Source of the DNA: an uncultured bacterium
GTDB lineage: Bacteria; Omnitrophota; Gorgyraeia; Duberdicusellales; CBEUCJ01
NCBI GenBank assembly: GCA_965541615.1
Contig: CBEUCJ010000005.1
Coordinates: 46,251 to 110,250, forward strand
DNA length: 64,000 nucleotides
Reading direction: 5' to 3'
The notes beneath the pieces are model-generated. The model saw only the letters and a list, made by a program, of their open reading frames with translations. It did no database searches and was not told the DNA's origin. This document shows positions 40,731-48,893 of this stretch, piece by piece (within the stretch, counting starts at the first letter, position 1; the number at the start of each line of letters is the position of its first letter). Made by a program: the position numbers and the translations under genes.

Positions 40731-41395
40731 TCTGAAAGAGGTTTAAAGAAAAGTAAGGATAAATTTACTTCTCCTTCTTCATCTTTTAAAGTGATCACTT
40801 TTAAATTAAAAAACTCTTTTTTCTGTTTAGAAGGAAAATAAATTCCAATCTTTCTTTCTTTCTCATCTATTTTATCTTCAAATATCTCTTTATAAAGTTC
40901 TCTGAATTCAGTGTTCTCTTTGTGATTTAGAAAGAAATCTACAGAAATCTCTGACCAATTAACTCCAAACAATTCTTGAGCTTTTGGATTTATCTTTAAT
41001 TTCTGTGATTCCAATATTCCTATAGCTTGAGGAGAAACTCTTAAAAGATTTCTTATAATTTTATTGGTAAGAAAAGCTCTTTTTTCATTCTCTTTTAATG
41101 AACCTCTTAAATTTTCTAAAAACCTATTCATCTTTTCAGAGATCTTTTGAAACTCTCCTTTATTCTCATATTTTATGCCCACATTTTGTTCACCTTCTAT
41201 TAACTTATTTAAAAGTGTATCCATCTTTTTGATAAAAAAATGAAAAAGATTAAATATCTTCAATATGAGTAAAGCTAATGCTAAGGTGAGTAAGCTATTT
41301 AAAAGATAAATAGGATTATCTTTGTAAAGAAAAAGATTGAGAAAGCTTATTAAAAGCAAAATAACAAATACCAAAATTAAAAAAAATCTTGTCAT
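40727..41395 (-). CDS. Two-TM + HAMP-like + PAS-like protein with no output domain
   Basis: Two hydrophobic helices; IKKMDTLLNKLIEG...GEFQKISEKMNRFLENL (HAMP-like); LLRVSPQAIGIL...INPKAQELFG...LKDEEGEVNLSLLFF (PAS-like). Confidence 0.65.
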   Translation of the reverse strand: MTRFFLILVFVILLLISFLNLFLYKDNPIYLLNSLLTLALALLILKIFNLFHFFIKKMDTLLNKLIEGEQNVGIKYENKGEFQKISEKMNRFLENLRGSLKENEKRAFLTNKIIRNLLRVSPQAIGILESQKLKINPKAQELFGVNWSEISVDFFLNHKENTEFRELYKEIFEDKIDEKERKIGIYFPSKQKKEFFNLKVITLKDEEGEVNLSLLFFKPLSE

Positions 41396-41397
41396 CT

Positions 41398-42084
41398 TTA
41401 CTGAGACAAAAACTCTCTTATGTTCTTTTCTCCTCCAATTATTAAAAGGACGTCTTGAGATTGAAGTTTTGTATCAGGAAGAGGGATATCTATAATCTCT
41501 TCATCAAAACCTATTTGACCATCTTCTCTGATAGAAGGTTTTTTTCTCTTTATAGCTATGATGTTAATCTTAAATTTTCTACGTGGATCTATTTCTTTTA
41601 TAGTCTTATTTACATAGTTTTTAGGGACTTTAGCTTCAATTAAAACATGACCTGCACTTAAAGGGATGAATTTTTCCATCTCTTTGGAAGCTAATGAATT
41701 TGCCAGCATTTGACCTACCTCTTCTTCCACATTTATAACCCTTGTTACACCTACTTGTTTTAAAATTTCTTCTTGAAGAGGATTTATAACTCTAGCATAA
41801 ATTTTCTTTACTCCCATCTTCTTTAAAAGCATAGTGATCAATAAATTTGCTTCTACATTATCTCCAATAGCTACAATAGCTGCATCTATATCTTCTAATC
41901 CTAAAGCACTCAAAGACTCTTTATCTGTAGCATCAAAACAAACAGCTTGCGTAACAAAATCTTTTATTTCCTCTACCCTTTGTTTGTTTTTATCTACAGC
42001 TATTACATCTACTCCTTTTTCCTGTAAAGATTTTGCTACTTTTGAACCAAACTTTCCTAATCCAAAGACTACTATCTGCTTCAT
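41398..42084 (-). CDS. ktrA: K+ uptake regulatory RCK subunit KtrA/TrkA
   Basis: GLGKFG Rossmann motif, DAAIVAIG, TrkA_C domain. Confidence 0.88.
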   Translation of the reverse strand: MKQIVVFGLGKFGSKVAKSLQEKGVDVIAVDKNKQRVEEIKDFVTQAVCFDATDKESLSALGLEDIDAAIVAIGDNVEANLLITMLLKKMGVKKIYARVINPLQEEILKQVGVTRVINVEEEVGQMLANSLASKEMEKFIPLSAGHVLIEAKVPKNYVNKTIKEIDPRRKFKINIIAIKRKKPSIREDGQIGFDEEIIDIPLPDTKLQSQDVLLIIGGEKNIREFLSQ

Positions 42085-43382
42085 CCTACCATCACTCCTT
42101 CCTGAGGAAAAGAAAACTTTTCTTCTTTAGGTTCAGAACGCAATAAATAAGCAAAAGTTACAGGACCCAGTTTACCTATAATCATTAAAACAGACAGCAA
42201 AATTTTTGACATATCTTTTAAAAAAGGAGTAATGCCCGTACTTAATCCACATGTAGCAAAAGCTGACGTCACTTCAAAAAGTATTTTATCAAAGGCGAAA
42301 TTTTCTTCAATACTAATAAAAATTGTAAAAATAAAGATAGAAAATAGACCAAAGCAGAATACACTTACAGCCCTTTTAAAATTCTCTAAAGGGATCTCTC
42401 TTCCTAATATAAAAGAATTTCTTCTTCCCTTTATAAAATCTATTATAGATTTAAAGATCACGAACAAAGTTGTAGTCTTTATACCCCCACCTGTTGAACC
42501 TGGACATGCTCCTATAAACATTAAGAACATTAAAAATATTTGAGTAGGGATTTTGAGATTCTTTATAGACAAGGTATTAAAACCAGCTGTCCTGGCAGTG
42601 ACTGATTGAAACCAAGATGCAAGAATCTTTTCTTTAACAGGTAATTTAGAAAGAGAATTATTAAATTCTAAAAGATAAAAAATTAGACTCCCGCTTACCA
42701 GCAAAATTAAACTCATCAATAAAACTATCTTTGTATGGAGTTTAAACCTAGTTTTAAAAAAGAACAGATCTCTGTTCACAAAAAAACCTAATCCTCCTAG
42801 AATTATAAGAAAAGAAAAAATAAGATTAGTAGCTAAATTATCTCTAAATCTTACTAAGCTATCTGGGAATAAAGAAAAACCTGCATTACAAAAAGCAGAG
42901 ATTGAATGAAATACAGAGTAATAAAGATTTTTCAGTGAGATCCCAAAATAAGGGATCCAATTTAAAAATAAAAACCCAGCTCCAATAGATTCTATGATAA
43001 ATGTAAATAGTATTATAAATTTAAGTACTTTTTTTAATTCAGCTAAACTTTGAGCTTCCAAAATCTCTTTTAACAATACTTTTTGTTTTAGAGAGTAACT
43101 CTGTCCTAAAAATAAACCGACTGATGCTGCAAAGGTCATTATTCCTAAGCCACCTATTTGAATTAAAAATAATATAACTATCTGCCCAAACAAAGAAAAA
43201 TCTTTAGAGAGATCTTTTGTAACCAAACCTGTAACACACACTGCTGAACTCGCAGTAAAAAAAGCATCTACTACTTTTATAGGCTCATTTTTTGCAGAAA
43301 TAGGGAGGCTCAATAAAAAGGTACCTATAAAAATCACAAAAAGAAGACTTCCTAATAACCTCCATGCAGTTTTAAACCTCAT
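42081..43382 (-). CDS. ktrB: K+ uptake membrane subunit KtrB/TrkH
   Basis: Four pore loops SAVCVTGL, SAFCNAGF, TARTAGF, SAFATCGLS; PGSTGGGIKTTT. Confidence 0.9.
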   Translation of the reverse strand: MRFKTAWRLLGSLLFVIFIGTFLLSLPISAKNEPIKVVDAFFTASSAVCVTGLVTKDLSKDFSLFGQIVILFLIQIGGLGIMTFAASVGLFLGQSYSLKQKVLLKEILEAQSLAELKKVLKFIILFTFIIESIGAGFLFLNWIPYFGISLKNLYYSVFHSISAFCNAGFSLFPDSLVRFRDNLATNLIFSFLIILGGLGFFVNRDLFFFKTRFKLHTKIVLLMSLILLVSGSLIFYLLEFNNSLSKLPVKEKILASWFQSVTARTAGFNTLSIKNLKIPTQIFLMFLMFIGACPGSTGGGIKTTTLFVIFKSIIDFIKGRRNSFILGREIPLENFKRAVSVFCFGLFSIFIFTIFISIEENFAFDKILFEVTSAFATCGLSTGITPFLKDMSKILLSVLMIIGKLGPVTFAYLLRSEPKEEKFSFPQEGVMVG

Positions 43383-43726
43383 CTTTCAATGAATTTAATT
43401 TTATCTCCTATTTCTATCTTCTTTTTCTTTATAAGTCCAGATTTAATTTCTATTATGTATTTGGCTTTATTTACCCATTTACAAATTCTAAAAGGAACTA
43501 CATTCTCTTCTAACTTTATGACTTTAAATTCTTTGTCTAAGTATATCACATCTATGTTGAATTTCATAAAAAAAGTATGGATTTGTTTACAGTTCTCAAA
43601 AATTAAAGCCTCTTTTTCTGAGATATCTTTTTTAAACATTAAGCCTTTTAACCTCTCAAAAAAATTTCTGGCAAATTTTGCTTCTTCAAACAGAACTTCG
43701 TTTTTGGTCTCATTTATTATAAGCAT
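43379..43726 (-). CDS. DUF192 family protein
   Basis: ERLKGLMF, IHTFFMKFNIDVIYLD, YIIEI. Confidence 0.88.
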   Translation of the reverse strand: MLIINETKNEVLFEEAKFARNFFERLKGLMFKKDISEKEALIFENCKQIHTFFMKFNIDVIYLDKEFKVIKLEENVVPFRICKWVNKAKYIIEIKSGLIKKKKIEIGDKIKFIER

Positions 43727-44763
43727 AGTTTATCTAGAAAACTGATCTTTAACTGCCCACATCCTCCTTTAATATCTTTTCCTCTTGGAGTTCTTAAGGT
43801 AGCTTTTATCCCATATTTTCTCAACAATTCACAAAAGCTCTTTGCCTCTTCTAAAGAAGGTTCAAATAGATCCTCTATTCCTTCTATAGGGTTATAAGGA
43901 ATTACATTCATTTTAAATTTGAAACCTCTAATCTTTCTTATTCTCTGAGCATCTTTTATTGAATCATTTAAACCTCTAAAGAGAATATATTCAAAAGTTA
44001 TCTCTCTCTTTGTTTTTTTAAAGTATCTTTTTAAAGCCTCCATCAAAGTATCTAAGGAATAAATTTTATTTATTGGCATTAGAAAATTTCTGAGATCATT
44101 ATCTAAAGTATGTAAAGAGACTGCTAACTCTATCTTAAGATTTTCTTCAGATAACCTTTCAATCTGAGGAACCAATCCACAGGTAGATACTGTTATCTTT
44201 CTTTGAGAAATATTTAAACTTTGAGGAGAAGTAATTATTCTTATAGACTTAATAAGATTCTCATAGTTATCTAAAGGTTCACCTATTCCCATAAATACTA
44301 TATTGGTGATTTTAGCAATTCTCTTTACTAAAATTATTTGATCTAATATTTCTGAAGTAGACAAATTTCTTATAAATCCTAATTTTCCTGAAGCGCAAAA
44401 ATAACAATTGAATTTACATCCGATTTGAGTAGAAACACAAAGAGTGCATCTTTTCTTATGAGGAATCAAGACACTCTCTATAAATTTTGCATCTGATGTT
44501 TCAAAAAGGAATTTTTGAGTCTTATCTTTTGATATCAATTTCTTTCTTAACTTTAAACTGGACAATGAAAAATTCCTTTCTAAAAAATCTCTCAAATTTA
44601 GAGGGAGATCTGTCATCTCGGAAAAATTACTTACATTTTTTTTATAAACCCAGTTAAATATTTGCTCTGCTCTAAAACTTTCTATTCCTATTTTTTTAAA
44701 ATAATCTTTAAGCTCAGAAAGAGAAAATTCTTTGATATCTATTTTTTTTGAAGAAAGTTGCAT
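43717..44763 (-). CDS. rlmN: 23S rRNA m2A2503 methyltransferase (radical SAM)
   Basis: IESVLI, STQIGCKFNCYFC, FMGIGEP, AVSLH, GCGQL. Confidence 0.95.
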   Translation of the reverse strand: MQLSSKKIDIKEFSLSELKDYFKKIGIESFRAEQIFNWVYKKNVSNFSEMTDLPLNLRDFLERNFSLSSLKLRKKLISKDKTQKFLFETSDAKFIESVLIPHKKRCTLCVSTQIGCKFNCYFCASGKLGFIRNLSTSEILDQIILVKRIAKITNIVFMGIGEPLDNYENLIKSIRIITSPQSLNISQRKITVSTCGLVPQIERLSEENLKIELAVSLHTLDNDLRNFLMPINKIYSLDTLMEALKRYFKKTKREITFEYILFRGLNDSIKDAQRIRKIRGFKFKMNVIPYNPIEGIEDLFEPSLEEAKSFCELLRKYGIKATLRTPRGKDIKGGCGQLKISFLDKLCL

Positions 44764-47700
44764 TAGATGATTTTTTTAATTTTGTAAGCTTCTCTTAGAA
44801 TTTTTTGGTAAGAGACTTGGGCTTTTTCAACTTTATCTGTCTCTTCTTCTAACTTCTTAGTAAAATTTTCTTCAACGTATTCAGAATAGTTCTTTGACAA
44901 AAAATTATAAACCTTAATTCCTAATTTTGTAGGAAAGAGCTTCTTATTCTTTTCAACTACATAACCTCTTTCTAAAAGAGTATTCACTATCTGTGCGTAG
45001 GTAGAAGGTCTCCCCAAGCCTCTTTCTTTCATTCTCATTATGAGTGAACCTTGGGTAAAGGGAGGTGAAGAAGGAACAAATCTTATTTTGAGAGGTCTTA
45101 TCACAAACTCTTCTCTCTTAACTATCTTTATACTCAAATTGTATTTTAAAAAGCCTTCTTCTAATATTTTAAAAGGTACAGATATTTCTTTTTCAAAAAA
45201 ATCAAGTTTAATCTTTAGAATTTTATATTTAACTTTGGCAGGTTTCATTTGAGAAGAAATAAATCTTTTAAAAATCATATCATATATTTTTAGACCAGCT
45301 TGTAAGTTATCTAATTCTAAGACTCCCATATTTATAGAAAATCTTATGTTTTCTGAATCTTGAGGTTGTGTAGGTCTTATACACTCATGAGCTCCTTCTG
45401 AGAAGTAACTTCTATTTTCTACAAACTCTTTTCCAAACCTTTCTTCTATGAACTTTTTAGCTACATTTTGACCCAAAATTGACACTCTTGTAGAATCTGT
45501 TCTATGGTAAGTTATTAACCCTTTCTCAAATAATTCTTGTAAAACTTTCATAGTATAAAGAGCTGAAAAAGGAGAATCTTTTAAGATAGCATCTGTGGTG
45601 TAAGGTGGTTCAGGGTAGATTAGTTCTTCTTTTTCATCTATTATTTCTATTTGAGCTCTTTCTAAATTATCAAATACTTTTTTAGCAAGAGCGGTATCTT
45701 CAAATTCTAAATTGACTTTAAAATCTGCTATTTCAAATTCCACTATTGCTTTCTTTTCTTTTAACTTATTGTAATTCTCAATTATCCAACCTAAGACTGG
45801 TGTCTGAACTCTACCTGCAGAAAGAGAATGATTCTTAAATACACTCCAAAGTTTTTGAGATAAAGCAAACCCTATCCATCTATCAGAGATTCTTCTTACC
45901 AGTTGAGCTTTTACTAAATCAAGATTTATATCTCTAGAATTCTCTAAAGCTTTTTTAAAACTATAAGGGGTTACTTCATGAAACTCAGCTCTTTTTACAT
46001 AAGGACAAAAAAATCTTAAAGCCAAAAAAATATCATAGGCTATCTTTTCACCTTCAGCATCTGGGTCTGTACATATGAAGACCTCATCTGCCCAGAAAGC
46101 AGAAGTCCTTAAATCCTCTACTATCTGAAATTTATCTTTTATATTTTTCTTATCTTCCTCTTTAAGATGATCTATTTCTACGTATTGGGTCTTATCTTTC
46201 AAAGAAACTTTGATCGTATCATAGACAGGAATGAATCTGTTTTCAGTTAAAATTCCAAAAAATCCTTTACTGTTAACCAGATCAAAAACATGTCCTAAGC
46301 AAGCTGTGATAGAAAGAATCCTATCTGTTAAAGGGATCTCATAAAAAACTAAATCTCCTTCTATTCTAATTTGAGGTTTACCAAAAAAAGAAGCTATAGT
46401 CTTTGCTTTAGAAGGAGACTCTACTATTACTAAAGTATTCTTGAAAAGTTGAAATTCAACTAAAGGTGCTTTTTTTTCTAAGATTTTTTTTGCATATTCT
46501 CTATCTTTATCTAACTCTTCTTTTAACTCATCTAATACTTCTTCTTTGAAATCTATAAATTCTATCTCCTGAGCTTTAAAGAAAGTATCTAATCTTTTCT
46601 TCAAAGAATTAAAAAATTTGGGATTCGTGTATAATAAAAAAGATGCGCCTTTGGTTAACTTAGAACCTATCAATCTAGAAGTCCTACCTGTAGCCTGTAT
46701 GTAGGTAGGAGCATCGCCTAAAATTATAAAAAATTTATTTTCTTCTTTAAGCAAAAAAACTTCTTTTGAATTTTTAATCTTTTCTATAAATCTTTCATCT
46801 TTAAAAAGATTCTTTAAGAACTCCTTTATTTTATCTACTCTCTCTTTTATCTTAGGGTATTTATCTAAAGCCTCTTCTCTAAGTCCTAAGTATTTTTTAA
46901 GAAAGAAAATATAACTTTGAACTTTCTCTTTTTCTTCTATTAAATTATAAAGACTACACAATAAACTAAAGAGTTCTTTTAAAGTAATATCTTCAGAGAT
47001 AGGGATTTTAAATAAAGGGGGTTCTAAAAAAATAGCATATTTAATAACTGAAGGTAAATCTATTCCCCTTACCAAAGGATTGTTTATTAGTGATAGACCT
47101 ACTACAACTTCGTATTCACCTTTTTCAAAATCTTTAAGATTTAGTTTCTCATAAAAACAAGCTTTAATCCCTTCTTTTTTGTAGAACTCAACTAATTCTT
47201 CTGCTTTCTTTTTTCCTTCTAAACTTGAAATAAATATTAAACCCCCTGAACCTAATTTTTTTATTATCTTTAAAGAAATTTTTTTTGCTGAATTAATATC
47301 AGGTACCTCTAATTTAAAATCATCTATATTTCTCAAAGTAGAACTCGCTTTTTGAATGTCAAAACCCAAAAGATTCCTAAAGAGTTTAATTCTGTTTGTT
47401 TTTGGAACCAAAGTAGCAGATGACAGTATCAACAGTTTTTCTTTTCTATTCCTTAATTCTTTTAACTTTTCTAAGTCATCTTCTGTTTTCTTATCTTTTA
47501 AAGCTAATTTTATCTCATAATCTGTAAATCCTAATAATTTAAAAAGGGAATCTATATTTTTTGATCTTTTTAAAAAAGAATCTACATCATCTATAAAAAT
47601 AAATTTAAAATCTATCTCCAATAATTTATTCACATTTTTATGCAAAAAGGCATTAGTACAAATGAAAATATCAAACTCTTTATCTCTAAACTCCTTTTTA

Positions 47701-48185
47701 ATCCTTTCTTTTGGCTCATAAAAGAGGACTCTTTTTTTACTATTCACTTTCTCTAAAAACTCATTTAATCTGTTTTGGGCTTGCCTTCCTAAGAGTTTTG
47801 TAGGAACAATTATTAATACTTTACTTTCAAAAAAACAGCTTAAAACTAAACCAAAAGTAGTTTTGCCCACACCAGTAGGAGCTACTATAGCAAAACTTTT
47901 TTTCAAAAAAACTCTCTTTGCCCAAGTTTTTTGAAGATTCTGTAATACAAAACCTGTAGCTTTTTTAAAAAAATCTTCAAACTCATATAATTTTTTTTCG
48001 CATTCATAAATGGGTTTTAGTTTTAATAATCTATTTTTTTTCTTTAAAGCCTCCAAAATATTTTTATTTTTTAGAGGTCTTTTTAAACATTTTTCACAGA
48101 CTAAACCTTCTTTTAACCTCAAATCACTAATACTCCCTCCACAATTAGGACAACCTCTTTCAAATATTAAAAGAGGAGCATTCAT
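44763..48185 (-). CDS. rgy: Reverse gyrase
   Basis: N-terminal Zn finger CPNC..CEKC, APTGVGKT, DDVD, YIQATGRTSR, then topo IA domain IVESP, DPDAEGE, SAGRVQTP, ITYHRTD; 1140 aa. Confidence 0.97.
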   Translation of the reverse strand: MNAPLLIFERGCPNCGGSISDLRLKEGLVCEKCLKRPLKNKNILEALKKKNRLLKLKPIYECEKKLYEFEDFFKKATGFVLQNLQKTWAKRVFLKKSFAIVAPTGVGKTTFGLVLSCFFESKVLIIVPTKLLGRQAQNRLNEFLEKVNSKKRVLFYEPKERIKKEFRDKEFDIFICTNAFLHKNVNKLLEIDFKFIFIDDVDSFLKRSKNIDSLFKLLGFTDYEIKLALKDKKTEDDLEKLKELRNRKEKLLILSSATLVPKTNRIKLFRNLLGFDIQKASSTLRNIDDFKLEVPDINSAKKISLKIIKKLGSGGLIFISSLEGKKKAEELVEFYKKEGIKACFYEKLNLKDFEKGEYEVVVGLSLINNPLVRGIDLPSVIKYAIFLEPPLFKIPISEDITLKELFSLLCSLYNLIEEKEKVQSYIFFLKKYLGLREEALDKYPKIKERVDKIKEFLKNLFKDERFIEKIKNSKEVFLLKEENKFFIILGDAPTYIQATGRTSRLIGSKLTKGASFLLYTNPKFFNSLKKRLDTFFKAQEIEFIDFKEEVLDELKEELDKDREYAKKILEKKAPLVEFQLFKNTLVIVESPSKAKTIASFFGKPQIRIEGDLVFYEIPLTDRILSITACLGHVFDLVNSKGFFGILTENRFIPVYDTIKVSLKDKTQYVEIDHLKEEDKKNIKDKFQIVEDLRTSAFWADEVFICTDPDAEGEKIAYDIFLALRFFCPYVKRAEFHEVTPYSFKKALENSRDINLDLVKAQLVRRISDRWIGFALSQKLWSVFKNHSLSAGRVQTPVLGWIIENYNKLKEKKAIVEFEIADFKVNLEFEDTALAKKVFDNLERAQIEIIDEKEELIYPEPPYTTDAILKDSPFSALYTMKVLQELFEKGLITYHRTDSTRVSILGQNVAKKFIEERFGKEFVENRSYFSEGAHECIRPTQPQDSENIRFSINMGVLELDNLQAGLKIYDMIFKRFISSQMKPAKVKYKILKIKLDFFEKEISVPFKILEEGFLKYNLSIKIVKREEFVIRPLKIRFVPSSPPFTQGSLIMRMKERGLGRPSTYAQIVNTLLERGYVVEKNKKLFPTKLGIKVYNFLSKNYSEYVEENFTKKLEEETDKVEKAQVSYQKILREAYKIKKII

Positions 48186-48805
48186 TTTTTACTAAATTTT
48201 TTTAAAGCAGATATCTCTTTTTTTATCCTTTCTCTTATGTGAGGATAATTTTTTGGCACAAATTTCAAAGCTTTTTTATAGCTTTCTAAAGCTTCCTCAA
48301 AATCACCTCTAATCTTTAAACATTCTGCCAAATTTGCCCAACTTACACTATGGGAAGTATCAAACTCTAAAGCTTTTTTAAAGTAAATTATAGCTTTTTC
48401 GTACATCTCCTTTTCCATTAAAATCCAACCTTTATTATGATAGAGTATTTTATGTTCACCTGCTAATTTCAATCCTAACTCTATGCATTCTAAAGCTTTA
48501 TCTAACTCTTTCAAATCAGCTAAACACAAAGCTTTATCATTGTAGGTTTCAGCATCATAAGGATTTATTTTTAAAGCTTTATCAAAATATTTAATTGCTT
48601 TTTTATAATCTTCTTTTAAGATGAGGCTTTCAGCTTTAAAGTAATACTGATAAAATTTATTTTTGAGTAATTTAGATTTTTTAAGCCCTTTTTTTATTAG
48701 TTGAGAGGCTTTTTCATAATCTAAAAAGGTTAAAGCTGTATCTAAATCTTTTCTTATCCTCTCTAAAGTTTTATCATATGAAAACTTTTCTTTTTCCAGA
48801 TCCAT
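48182..48805 (-). CDS. TPR-repeat protein
   Basis: Repeated A..YF.KAL...P/D TPR units. Confidence 0.85.
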   Translation of the reverse strand: MDLEKEKFSYDKTLERIRKDLDTALTFLDYEKASQLIKKGLKKSKLLKNKFYQYYFKAESLILKEDYKKAIKYFDKALKINPYDAETYNDKALCLADLKELDKALECIELGLKLAGEHKILYHNKGWILMEKEMYEKAIIYFKKALEFDTSHSVSWANLAECLKIRGDFEEALESYKKALKFVPKNYPHIRERIKKEISALKKFSKK

Positions 48806-48813
48806 AACTTTAA

Positions 48814-48885
48814 ATTTTATCTTTTAGATTTTATCATACAAGTTTTTAATGTAAATCTTGAAAATCTAGATTTTTATAGTATCTT
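48814..48885. promoter_or_regulatory. Divergent promoters for the TPR-rgy operon and the GH94 gene, both near-leaderless
   Basis: Minus: TTGTAT(48841-48836)-16-TAAAAT(48819-48814), 8 nt to ATG. Plus: TTGAAA(48858-48863)-16-TATCTT(48880-48885), 8 nt to ATG. Confidence 0.55.
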
Positions 48886-48893
48886 TAAAGAAT

